From: Amphiscolops sp. MND2022
Taxonomy: Eukaryota
Direction: 5' to 3'
DNA: 64,000 bases
Assembly (NCBI GenBank): GCA_964187785.1
Contig: OZ076413.1
Coordinates: 50,904,001 to 50,968,000, forward strand
Position numbers and translations under genes: made by a program. The notes beneath the pieces were generated by a model that had not been told where the DNA came from, did not search any database, and saw nothing but the letters and a program-made list of their open reading frames with translations. Below, one piece after another: positions 38,988 through 49,040 of the stretch (its first letter is position 1; every line of letters starts with the position of its first letter).

Positions 38988-41511
38988 GGAGAGAAGGAGA
39001 AGAAGAAGAAGAAGAAGAAGAAGAGATCAAATAACTTTCGAGATGTGGCAGTACAAATGACTTTCTATCATTGATTCCAGAACAAAGTAAATAATATAAA
39101 TAGGATTGACACAGAAGGAAGGCAAGTGAGGATTGCAGGGTTAAAAGAATTAATCGATGCTTGAATTAAAGCCAGCGAACGCGTTTATAACATGCTTGTT
39201 TTCGCAATTTAGCAAAACAACTAGCGTTTCGTCAATGTTTTGATTCTGAAGCTCCTTAATGAAACGCCTTCGGTGTTCTTAGTATGAGACACAGGAAAAT
39301 AAAATAAGAAACGTGCAGTATCATCGACAACTCTACATTAGGGACAAATATCGGTTTTGCCCTTTTTACTTCTGAATACTACTTGCGTACTTCAAAATCA
39401 TTCACTAGATTACGTAGCGTTTTGACAGAAACTTTCCTAGCATATGGTGCAATTATTTTAGTGATGCTGTTTCTTACTTTAAGCCCTGGGTAATTTGAGT
39501 ACATAAGACCTTGCTTTATTTCTCGTTGCCATAAGTGCCTGAAATACTCATCCACCTCCTTCTTAAAAGTACTGACTGAGGATTAACTAGCATATTGTAT
39601 GTATATTGCCTCAATTTCATCAGGATCACGATTTACAATTGAATGTTTGTGTACCAAAAATAATCTCAAAATATTATTATGTTGAGGTATGATTGCTAAA
39701 TTACCTGGGTTTAGAATATCTGCACTTCTAGCAGTTGAATGTAGAAACATTAATACTTGATTAGTGTAGCGAGAGAAGGAGGCCAAATATTACTTAAAAC
39801 ACTAACTACGTGTTTCGATACTTGGTAGTTTCTTATCCCAAAGATAGATTTATGAACACTCCACCACATTTTGTCCACAGATGTCATGTTTTGATGAAAC
39901 CATATAGTCATACAGTACGTTACACGTGGTTTCACATATGAATTAAAGATACGTACAGCGGAAAATGGATTTAATCCTTGCATTATAAGTATACTAGTTT
40001 CTTTCCAGAAATTAACCACTGAGGCACAGATGATGGCAGCATGTGTTTTGAAACTCAAATCTCGCTCGAACCATAGGCCCAGTATTTTACTTCTCTCAAC
40101 AAATTTATAGTCGGACTGAAAAACTTCTTTTGAGAAAATTATATGTTCAGTTTTGTCTTTATTAAGTACCTGCCTCCATTTGTATGTATAGTTTTCCGCC
40201 TTTTCTAAAGATAGGATTAAGTTTTCTTTGGTTGAAAGAAAAATATTGTCCTCTGCATACTTATAAGTCCGAATCTTGGAGGAAGCCCTTTTCATAAACT
40301 ATAAACAAAAGTGGTGACAGTACAGCACCCTGAGGTAAACCATTAAGAAGGACCAATGACATGTCGATGAAATCATTGACTTGGATATTGACTTTCCGAT
40401 TCGATTAAAAAGATTTTTTAGTAGCTAACATTGGACCATTTAAACCACTGTTTATTAGCTTGCTTAGCACTAAAGTTTGATCTACGGAATCAAAAGCTTT
40501 CTCTAGATCATATACTGTTGCTATTGGTAACTTTTTCATTGCTAAGATATCATGATATAATTTGTGTAAGTAGTGCAAAGTTGACTTGCCTGGCTGAAAT
40601 CCAAATTGTTGCTCATCAATGTCGAGAATATCTGATGATCTTAGTCTTCTATCTATCACTCGTTCAACTACGTTTCTTAAATGGGATGTAAGTGAAATAG
40701 GTCTCCATGAAGATGGATTAGAATAATCGGTTTTGCCAGACTTTCTCAAGAATTTGACTATGGTTTTATCAAATGGCCAAATCCTTATGAATAATGCACT
40801 GTTTATCAAGTGCAAACATATGCTAATGGTGTTAAGTTTGAATTTCTTTAATAGTTTAGGATGAAGGCCATTAGGATCCATGCCCTTGTTGTTTGTCTTC
40901 ATTTTCTTAATGGCTTCTTTGAGTTCATCCATTGTAATACGCATGTTTAGATGGCTAGGTGGAATCAGGTCTAATGAAATAGATCTAAGAGAGGGGGTAA
41001 AACTGAGATCTAAATCAATTGATCTAAATAATCAGGTGAAAAAATCGCTTCTAATTCGATCTAATTCCAGAAAAAAAATAAAACAATTAGGATCTAAAAC
41101 TAAAAATAGATATAAAGTATAAAACGTGCCTCGGATATGTCCCCATTTCCTCTAGTGCCCTGCGGCCCCTTGGGGCCGCTCAAATTTCCATCTTGCTAAG
41201 CGAGGTCGAACAGGAGCAAAGACTTAGCGGGAACGGAGATGGCGAAGCGATCGTAGTGGGAGCTGGTCTTTGCGACGGTGAGGGCGAGCGTGCATACATC
41301 GCATATGCCCCACATTATATTTTCGCTTTCAGAACACATATTAGATCATAAAGGTTTTAGACATAAGTATTTTAGATAAATTTAGATCTGAAAGTTAGAC
41401 CTGACAGTTAGATCTAATTCCATTAGACCCAAGCAATTAGGTCAAAGGCGTACACTCAGTTTAGATCATTCTTGACCTCCTCCTTGTAATAATCCCCAAC
41501 GGTTTGAGCCA
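38988..41511 (-). mobile_element. Non-LTR retrotransposon 3' half (RT plus C-terminal Cys motif, (TTC)n tail), copy 1
   Basis: WRPISLTS, QFGFQPGKST, DLEKAFDSV and YAED (a mutated YADD). The (GAA)n run on the + strand near 39000 is the tail. Confidence 0.88.
40953..41457 (+). mobile_element. Mutator-like MITE, core 2, TAGATCTAA arms
   Basis: TSD TGTTTAGAT/AGTTTAGAT (8/9). Removing the element restores the LINE frame ...KNDLNMRIT... Confidence 0.88.
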
Positions 41512-44182
41512 ACCTGAGGATAATAGTCACGCCCTCCAGCTGACGTGTAATTGAGATCTTGTTTGCCGTCCTCATAGCAGATATGAAACTGTTTAGTTTC
41601 TTTTTTCCTCTATCAGATACGGATTTTCGACAGCAATCAAGTGCCATGTGTATCATCATGTTGGGGAGAGAAGGAGAAGAAGAAGAAGAAGAAGAAGAGA
41701 TCAAATAACTTTCGAGATGTGGCAGTACAAATGACTTTCTATCATTGATTCCAGAACAAAGTAAATAATATAAATAGGATTGACACAGAAGGAAGGCAAG
41801 TGAGGATTGCAGGGTTAAAAGAATTAATCGATGCTTGCATTAAAGCCAGCGAACGCGTTTATAACATGCTTGTTTTCGCAATTTAGCAAAACAACTAGCG
41901 TTTCGTCAATGTTTTGATTCTGAAGCTCCTTAATGAAACGCCTTCGGTGTTCTTAGTATGAGACACAGGAAAATAAAATAAGAAACGTGCAGTATCATCG
42001 ACAACTCTACATTAGGGACAAATATCGGTTTTGCCCTTTTTACTTCTGAATAATACTTCGCGTACTTCAAAATCATTCACTAGATTACGTAGCGTTTTAA
42101 CAGAAACTTTCCTAGGATATGGTGCAAGCATTTTAGTGATGCTGTTTCTTACTTTAAGCCCTGGGTAATTTGAGTACATAAGACCTTGCTTTATTTCTTG
42201 TTGCCATAAGTGCCTGCAATACTCATCCACCTCCTTCTTAAAAGTACTGACTGAGGATTAACTAGCATATTGTATGTATATTGCCTCAATTTCATCAGGA
42301 TCACGATTTACAATTGAATGTTTGTGTACCAAAAACAATCTCACCATATTATTATGTTGGGGTATGATTGCTAAATTACCTGGGTTTAGAATATCTGCAC
42401 TTCTAGCAGTTGAATGTAGAAACATTAATACTTGATTAGTGTAGCGAGAGAAGGAGACCAAATATTACTTAAAACACTAACTACGTGTTTCGATACTTGG
42501 TAGTTTCTTATCCCAAAGATAGATTTATGAACACTCCACCACATTTTGTCCACAGATGTCATGTTTTGATGAAACCATATAGTCATACAGTACGTTACAC
42601 GTGGTTTCACATATGAATTAAAGATACGTACAGCGGAAAATGGATTTAATCCTTGCATTATAAGTATACTAGTTTCTTTCCAGAAATTAACCACTGAGGC
42701 AGAGATGATGGCAGCATGTGTTTTGAAACTCAAATCTCGCTCGAACCATAGGCCCAGTATTTTACTTCTCTCAACAAATTTATAGTCGGACTGAAAAACT
42801 TCTTTTGAGAAAATTATATGTTCAGTTTTGTCTTTATTAAGCACCTGCCTCCATTTGTATGTATAGTTTTCCGCCTTTTCTAAAGATAGGCTTAAGTTTT
42901 CTTTGGTTGAAAGAAAAATACTGTCCTCTGCATACTTATAAGTCCGCATCTTGGAGGAAGCCCTATTTGTAAAATATAAACAAAAGTGGTGACAGTACAG
43001 CACCCTGAGGTAAACCATTAAGAGGGACCAATGACATGTCGATGAAATCATTGACTTGGATATTGACTTTCCGATTCGATTAAAAAGATTTTATAGTAGC
43101 TAACATTGGACCATTTAAACCACTGTTTATTAGCTTGCTTAGCAATAAAGTTTGATCTACGGAATCAAAAGCTTTCTCTAGATCATATACTGTTGCTATT
43201 GGTAAATTTTTCATTGCTAAGATATCATGATATAAATTGTGTAAGTAGTGCAAAGTTGACTTGCCTGGCTGAAATCCAAATTGTTGCTCATCAATGTCGA
43301 GAATATCTGATGATCTTAGTCTTCTATCTATCACTCGTTCAACTACGTTTCTTAAATGGGATGTAAGTGAAATAGGTCTCCATGAAGATGGCTTAGAATA
43401 ATCGGTTTTGCCAGACTTTCTCAAGAATTTGACTATGGTTTTATCAAATGGCCAAATCCCTATGAATAATGCACTGTTTATCAAGTGCAAACATATGCTA
43501 ATGGTGTTAAGTTTGAATTTCTTTAATAGTTTAGGATGAAGGCCATTAGGATCCACGCCCTTGTTGTTTGTCTTCATTTTCTTAATGGCTTCTTTGAGTT
43601 CATCCATTGTAATACGCATGTTTAGATGGCTAGGTGGAATCAGGTCTAATGAAATAGATCTAAGAGAGGGGGTAAAACTGAGATCTAAATCAATTGATCT
43701 AAATAATCAGGTAAAAAAATCGCTTCTAATTCGATCTAATTCCAGAAAAAAAAACAATTAGGATCTAAAACTAAAAAGTGATATAAAGTATGAAACGTGC
43801 CTCGGATATGTCCCCATTTCCTCTAGTGCCCTGTGGCCCCTTGGGGCCGCTCAAATTTCCATCTTGCTAAGCGAGGTCGAACAGGAGCAAAGACTTAGCG
43901 GGAACGGAGATGGCGAAGCGATCGTAGTGGGAGCTGGTCTTTGCGACGGTGAGGGCGAGCGTGCATACATCGCATATGCCCCACATTATATTTTCGCTTT
44001 CAGAACACATATTAGATCATAAAGGGGTTAGACATAAGTATTTTAGATAAATTTAGATCTGAAAGTTAGACCTAACAGTTAGATCTAATTCCATTAGACC
44101 CAAGCAATTAGATCAAAGGCGTACACTCAGTTTAGATCATTCTTGACCTCCTCCTTGTAATAATCCCCAACGGTGTGAGCCA
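41512..44182 (+). repeat. Tandem duplication C, copy 2
   Basis: Near-identical to 38835-41511. Confidence 0.95.
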
Positions 44183-44587
44183 ACTTCTCTTTCACTTCCA
44201 TTTTTGTTTTTTCATGAAAAGCGTCGTCAAATAGTTTACCAGTAAGGTGTGCACCATCGAAGAAAATACGTTGAAAGAGCGCAGCTTTATGGCAATCCTT
44301 TTCCAGTGTCTTACCCTTGTGACGAAGTACTCCTTTGTTATTTAAGTCCATTGAACCATTGAATTTGCGGATATCATCGAAAAAGATTTTAGAGTTTCCC
44401 TCATTCATTTCCATGATGCCATTTTGCGTCCAACGGGTATTATTCTTTTTCTTTTCCTTTTTGAATTCGATTTTAACCATTTCAACAACGTTATTGTTTT
44501 TCGGGTTACATTGGAGTCTATATTTTTTGCGTGCATCTTTCAATTTTTTCGACAAGTGAGTCAATTTAATGCTCCAGTATGGTTTAG
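41666..44587 (-). mobile_element. Non-LTR retrotransposon 3' half, copy 2 (extends further 5')
   Basis: Same motifs as copy 1, plus the upstream ORF2 linker KPYWSIKL...AALFQRIFF. Confidence 0.88.
43628..44128 (+). mobile_element. Mutator-like MITE, core 2, TAGATCTAA arms (duplicate)
   Basis: Same element and same TSD as 40953-41457. Confidence 0.88.
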
Positions 44588-44792
44588 AGAAGACACACAC
44601 CCGTGGTTTGCAACGAAAGTAGGGAACCCCATACCAGCCACTACCCCAGTCGATTGGTGGAAATTTTTTTAAAGCTGCAATGATAGAGGTGTAATAAAAT
44701 AAGCCAGATTTAATAAATTTCTTCAAACGCATCTCTGTCGCTCCTAGTTCCTAGAACACAGGCCGCATTGCCGTTCTGAAGAGCCATTGAAA
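44588..44792 (-). repeat. Dispersed repeat fragment homologous to 28425-28690
   Basis: The reverse complement TCAATGGCTCTTCAGA..GCGACAGAGAT.CGTTTGAAGAAA...ACCACGGGT.TGTGTCTTCTC matches the interior of the 28052-28955 element. Confidence 0.75.
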
Positions 44793-45322
44793 TCCGTTGC
44801 TTCAAAAAGCTGCCAGCTGGTTGATCGTGCTGCGAACGATAGAGCTTTTTACAGAGTTTAGGCTATAAGACTTTTAGCTTACGGTCCAAAACATCCTGTT
44901 CGCGGCACTTTTAATGATTTTCATTTTTTAGCTAATGTTGATCGTCTCTTGTCCGTTAATAATCCCAATAAAGATACAGACAACGATATCCATGCACTGG
45001 CGACTTGGTACATCAAACAAAACAGAAAGATACAACGAGATTCAGCCGCAGAAGAAGTAACAAAGTATCTCCAAAAAAATGGCCTATTAGCTGTACCGTA
45101 TGACAAAGGCGTCGGTTTTTGCGTGATGAGGACAACTGACTATCAAACAAAGCTAAATGACATCCTGAACGGGCCACAATTTAGGAAATGTGACATTGAT
45201 GATTCCGATGTAAAGAAACACGAGGAAAAAATGAACAAAGAACTCATTTCATTAAAGAATAAGAACGCTATATCTGTGGAATTGTACGAAAGACTTCGAT
45301 CGACAGGTGCCCAAAAGCACGT

Positions 45323-46318
45323 ATGTACGGTTTAGCTAAAGCACACAAACAAAATATACCCCTTAGGCCTGTTTTATCTATACCTGGAAGCTGCTATCAT
45401 AATATCAACCTGGTCATGAGCAGGTTTTTTGAAAAGGTTCCGGGGTTGAACATCGAGATGTCAACCAGAAAAGCTAAGGAAACACTTGAAAGAACTTTTT
45501 TAGACCCAAACGAACACCTTTTTTCTTTAGATGTAAAAAGTCTTTACACGAAAGTACCTGTCCAAGAAGCTATTGATATTGCGGTGAAGAAAACCTACGG
45601 ACTGCCAACTAAACCTGACATGAGAAGGTCAGTCTTTAGAAAACTTCTGGAACTTGCCGTCTGTAATATGTATTTCAAAGCCAATGATATCTGGTATCAA
45701 CAAACTGACGGGGTGGCTATGGGTGCTTCACTGGCAGTGATCTTAGCAAATTTGTGGCTAAAGGAATACGAGCACATGATATTTTCTGAGAATCCATCTT
45801 CAAGTGACATACCAGTTTACGACAAGTGCCCCAAATGTAGTCGAAAAGTCCTAACAAAAAACAGAGGTATTGAAAGTGATCGATGCCAATTTTGGTTTCA
45901 TGGTCGGTACGCGGGCATTTCCAACAATGAGTTAGATGATTGGCCAGAATCAAGAGGATGGTACTGTACACATTGTCTTGGCTCGGACAGTATGTATGCA
46001 GCACCAAGAATCGGTCTCAGATATGTAGATGATGTCCTCCGCACAAGTAGAGAATCACCAGATACAATTCTACAGAAGTGTAATCAACTACACCCAAATC
46101 TGGAATTCACAATCGAGCTTCTGGACCAAGAGAGGGCTATAGTGTTCCTTGATATGAAGATTAGGCGCAAGAATAACGGGATCTTGGAGACGGAATGGTA
46201 TAGAAAGCCTTCGGACACAGACGTGCTGATGAATTATCGTAGCTGTGCACCTTTGTCGTTTAAAAGGAACCTTTTTCGAGGAACAGTCCATAGAATATTT
46301 AACGCAACATCCTCATGA
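45323..46318 (+). pseudogene. Penelope RT core with an embedded PHD finger
   Basis: RT motifs flank CPKC...(S)DRC.FWFH..(Y)...WYCTHC at 45827-45976; YVDD is at 46022. Confidence 0.9.
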
Positions 46319-46552
46319 TGTAGGCCTTGATGAAGCGCTGACAACTTGTGAGAATGTTTGGAAGAAGAACCAATATCCGGAAGAGTTTACTGATGGTATC
46401 GTGCTAGATACCCTCGAGAAATGCAGAGAGAGATTTTCCAACAGTGTTGGATATGCACACAGGGACAAGGAAATAAAGAAAGACCACTTTATTATTCAGT
46501 ACAGGGGGCGGGTTACTGATCAATTTGTTCAAAAACTCAGAAAACTCATACC

Positions 46553-47170
46553 GGGTGGCTGTATTAAGGTCGAATTTTTCTGGTCGAAAGGACAGAGGTC
46601 GAACCTTTTGATCGAATTGCAGGGATCGAATGGAATGCGGTCGAATTTTATCGTATTTGTTGTATGGCTCGGTCACTTCGCTCCCTTCGCCAAGTAGCAA
46701 CATTGAGGCATGGCCATATGGCACGTCGCTCTACTTCGCTTCGCTCCTGCATTCAGGGCATTAGGGGTATGTGAACATATCTGACTGCGGATTGCATGAA
46801 ATGGGTCGAATGAAATAGGTCGAAAAGAATTAGGTCGACACTTTTGGTCGAATAACTTAGGTCGAATTGACTGAGGTCGAATTGGGTCGAATGGACTTGG
46901 GTCGAAATCAATATGTTGTCTCCCTTGAACTTGGCATTTTTCAGGGTCGACCCAAGTCCATTCGACCCAATTCCGAAACGGTGAAGATTCCACCCATGGC
47001 ACAGGAGGCCGATTCGACCCATTTCTTCCGACCCATTTCCGTTCACCCTCTGACTACGTTATAAAAATTTCGATCCGAGTTGTTTCGATCCCATTCAAAA
47101 ATTTGGTATGTCGACCTGAGGACTAACTCTGATTTTCGATCCCGTTCCTTCGACCTACTTCCGCCCACCC
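46553..47170 (-). mobile_element. Mutator-like MITE, core 1, GGTCGAA arms, inserted in the Penelope ORF
   Basis: TIR GGGTGG...AGGTCGAA / TTCGACCT...CCACCC, TSD ACTCATACC/ACTCAGCCC (7/9), core about 46653-46789. Confidence 0.85.
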
Positions 47171-47553
47171 ACTCAGCCCATCCAATACAGCCGATTTTTA
47201 CAACGAACAAACTGAAAAACCTATTGCCGAGTTTAAAGAGTGGGTTCTCTAAAATGGTAAAAAGTAGAGTAGTATATGAAATGACATGTTCTGGGTGCAA
47301 GCTCAGCTATGTTGGTCAAACTGTCCGACATTTTTCTACTCGCTTCAATGAACTTCATAGAGAATCGCAGCCCTTCGGACAACATCTGAAAACATGCATG
47401 GGAGTCTCAAGCAGTTACTCTTGGAAGATTATTGACACCGCAGGAGACCAAGTCACATTACAGACGCTGGAGGCACTCCACATTGACAGACGGAAACCGG
47501 CTCTAAACACCCGAGACGAATACAGACAGCGACCGTTAACCATAAGAATTTAG
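47171..47553 (+). pseudogene. Penelope GIY-YIG endonuclease domain
   Basis: SRVVYEMTCSGCKLSYVGQTVRHFSTRFNE...LEALHIDRRKPALN. Confidence 0.9.
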
Positions 47554-47712
47554 CCGTCCCAAACGTTATGTTTGGCTGTTAGAAATATGAGCTTCGATGT
47601 CTCAATGTGTAAAGATAGCTGTTAACCAGTGTGCTGGATTACTTGTTTTAATGTTTATAGTTTTTGAAAACTTACAGTTGTTTTTTATTGTTTTATGTAT
47701 AATTTGTTTTTA

Positions 47713-47750
47713 GAGTTGGACAATGACGGAAACGTCGAAAACGTTTACTC
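47713..47750 (+). ncRNA. Degenerate minimal type-I hammerhead-ribozyme-like motif in the Penelope 3' region
   Basis: GAGT-[TGGACAA T]-GACG-GAAA-CGTC-GAAA-ACGTTT-ACTC gives stem I, stem II with a GAAA loop, a GAAA core and a palindromic AACGTT. The CUGAnGA box is mutated. Confidence 0.55.
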
Positions 47751-48314
47751 AATAGAAGTATTTTTATCACGTTTCGTATCTTTACTCTTACAGAGTTTAG
47801 TTTCTAAATGTGTAGTAATTGTGTTCCTTTTTGCAATGGTAATGTATAGCAATTCTGGCCAAGCGTATTCTGATGTTATGACTTCGTCCACTCTGCATCA
47901 GGTGTTTCAGATGTCAGAAATTTGCTAAGTTTCACGGGAACCTCTATATGAATTTTATGCAATCTAGGAAGCCGAAGCAATGACGATACCCCCTCTGGAG
48001 ACAGGAAGAATCGCACCGTTTCTTTTTTCATGGGAAATTGCGAAAAATCACAAGATCTGCGTTATTGTTAGGAGAAATATTTTTGGACCCAATCATTTTT
48101 ATGATAGAAACACTTGTGCTCGTTTCCTGAAATGCTATTGTTGTTAAATGTGATATTTGGTGCATCTTATTCTAGTTATGTTATGATGAACATAATTCAA
48201 GTCTTCTCTCTCTCTAACTCACATTTCTCTCGGACCTTTGTTGTGATAAACTTATTAAATAGCCTCGGCTGTTTAATAAGTCTTTTCAGATTAATTGTTA
48301 AAACGACCGTCAAG

Positions 48315-49040
48315 ATGGGTCCCTCTCGTACAAACTCAACTTCAACTAACTCGGCGAAGAAAGATGAAGGCAGTAATCACCTGGTCGAATGCACAGGGCC
48401 CGGAATTGATGGGAGCGGCTGCGTCATCTGGACCAACATCTGGGTACCAATGTTGATCCCCAAAAATTTCTTCTCTAGGCCTTTCCTCTGTGGTTTCTGC
48501 GCCGTAGAAGAGCTCAAAAAGAATCAATGTTCTGCTGCTGGAGACCTGTCTCCTGTCATCGAGGCTGACAGCATAGAACAATATGGGCGCAGGGAAAATG
48601 TCAGGATCTTCGGCGTGGAGGAGGAACCAGGCGAGGACGTCTTCGCAAAGGTGGTTAGTGTGGCGGAGAAAGCAGGTGTGTCAATAACAAAAAATGATGT
48701 TAGTACCTGCCATCGTTTACCAAGTGGTGGTACTGGCCCTAAACCACTCATTGCTAAGTTTGTTAGACGAGAAACTAAACATCAACTAATGAAAAATAAA
48801 AGGAATTTGAAAAACACTAACATCTTTGTAAATGATGACCTTACCCCCCTTCGTGCTAAAGTAACCCGTGAATTGAGGAAAAGAGATGGTGTTCGCAGTG
48901 TGATTACAGTTAATGAAAAAATAATTTTGTTCCTGAATAATGATGAAAAGTTGGTTTTTGACAACCTCTATAAGCTTCAAAAATGGGATGCGGAACTACT
49001 TAATTGTGCCTACAAAAGTTTGAGGAAGTACTCCCCCTGA
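48315..49040 (+). CDS. LINE ORF1p (degenerate PHD-like Cys region plus RRM/CTD type)
   Basis: EQYGRRENVRIFGVEE, HRLP, PKPLIAKF and IFVNDDLT motifs; first plausible ATG at 48315. Confidence 0.88.
   Translation: MGPSRTNSTSTNSAKKDEGSNHLVECTGPGIDGSGCVIWTNIWVPMLIPKNFFSRPFLCGFCAVEELKKNQCSAAGDLSPVIEADSIEQYGRRENVRIFGVEEEPGEDVFAKVVSVAEKAGVSITKNDVSTCHRLPSGGTGPKPLIAKFVRRETKHQLMKNKRNLKNTNIFVNDDLTPLRAKVTRELRKRDGVRSVITVNEKIILFLNNDEKLVFDNLYKLQKWDAELLNCAYKSLRKYSP

Larger units (their letters stand above)
38835..41511 (+). repeat. Tandem duplication C, copy 1 (2677-bp period)
   Basis: Near-identical to 41512-44182, with the junction GAGCCAAC|CTGAGG. Confidence 0.95.
44862..47787 (+). mobile_element. Penelope-like element (RT plus GIY-YIG), 5'-truncated and disrupted
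   Basis: PYDKG, YGLAKAHK.NIPLRPV, SLDVKSLYT, GVAMGASL, RYVDD, LHPNLEFT, FLD and WYRKP motifs, plus GIY-YIG VVYEMTC..C..SYVGQT.R...R. Flanked by the 13-bp direct repeat TTACAGAGTTTAG (44849-44861 and 47788-47800). Confidence 0.95.

Noticed and set aside
38821..39030. Poly-Ser ORF (also 41456-41704)
   Set aside because: Translation of the LINE (TTC)n tail and its flank.
44588..44732. N-terminus of ORF 44127-44732 as a LINE protein start
   Set aside because: It derives from an unrelated repeat fragment fused by chance to the truncated LINE.
48114..48314. Hydrophobic signal or transmembrane-like N-terminal extension of LINE ORF1
   Set aside because: It starts at TTG outside the element boundary and is AT-rich flank or UTR; the real start is probably ATG 48315.
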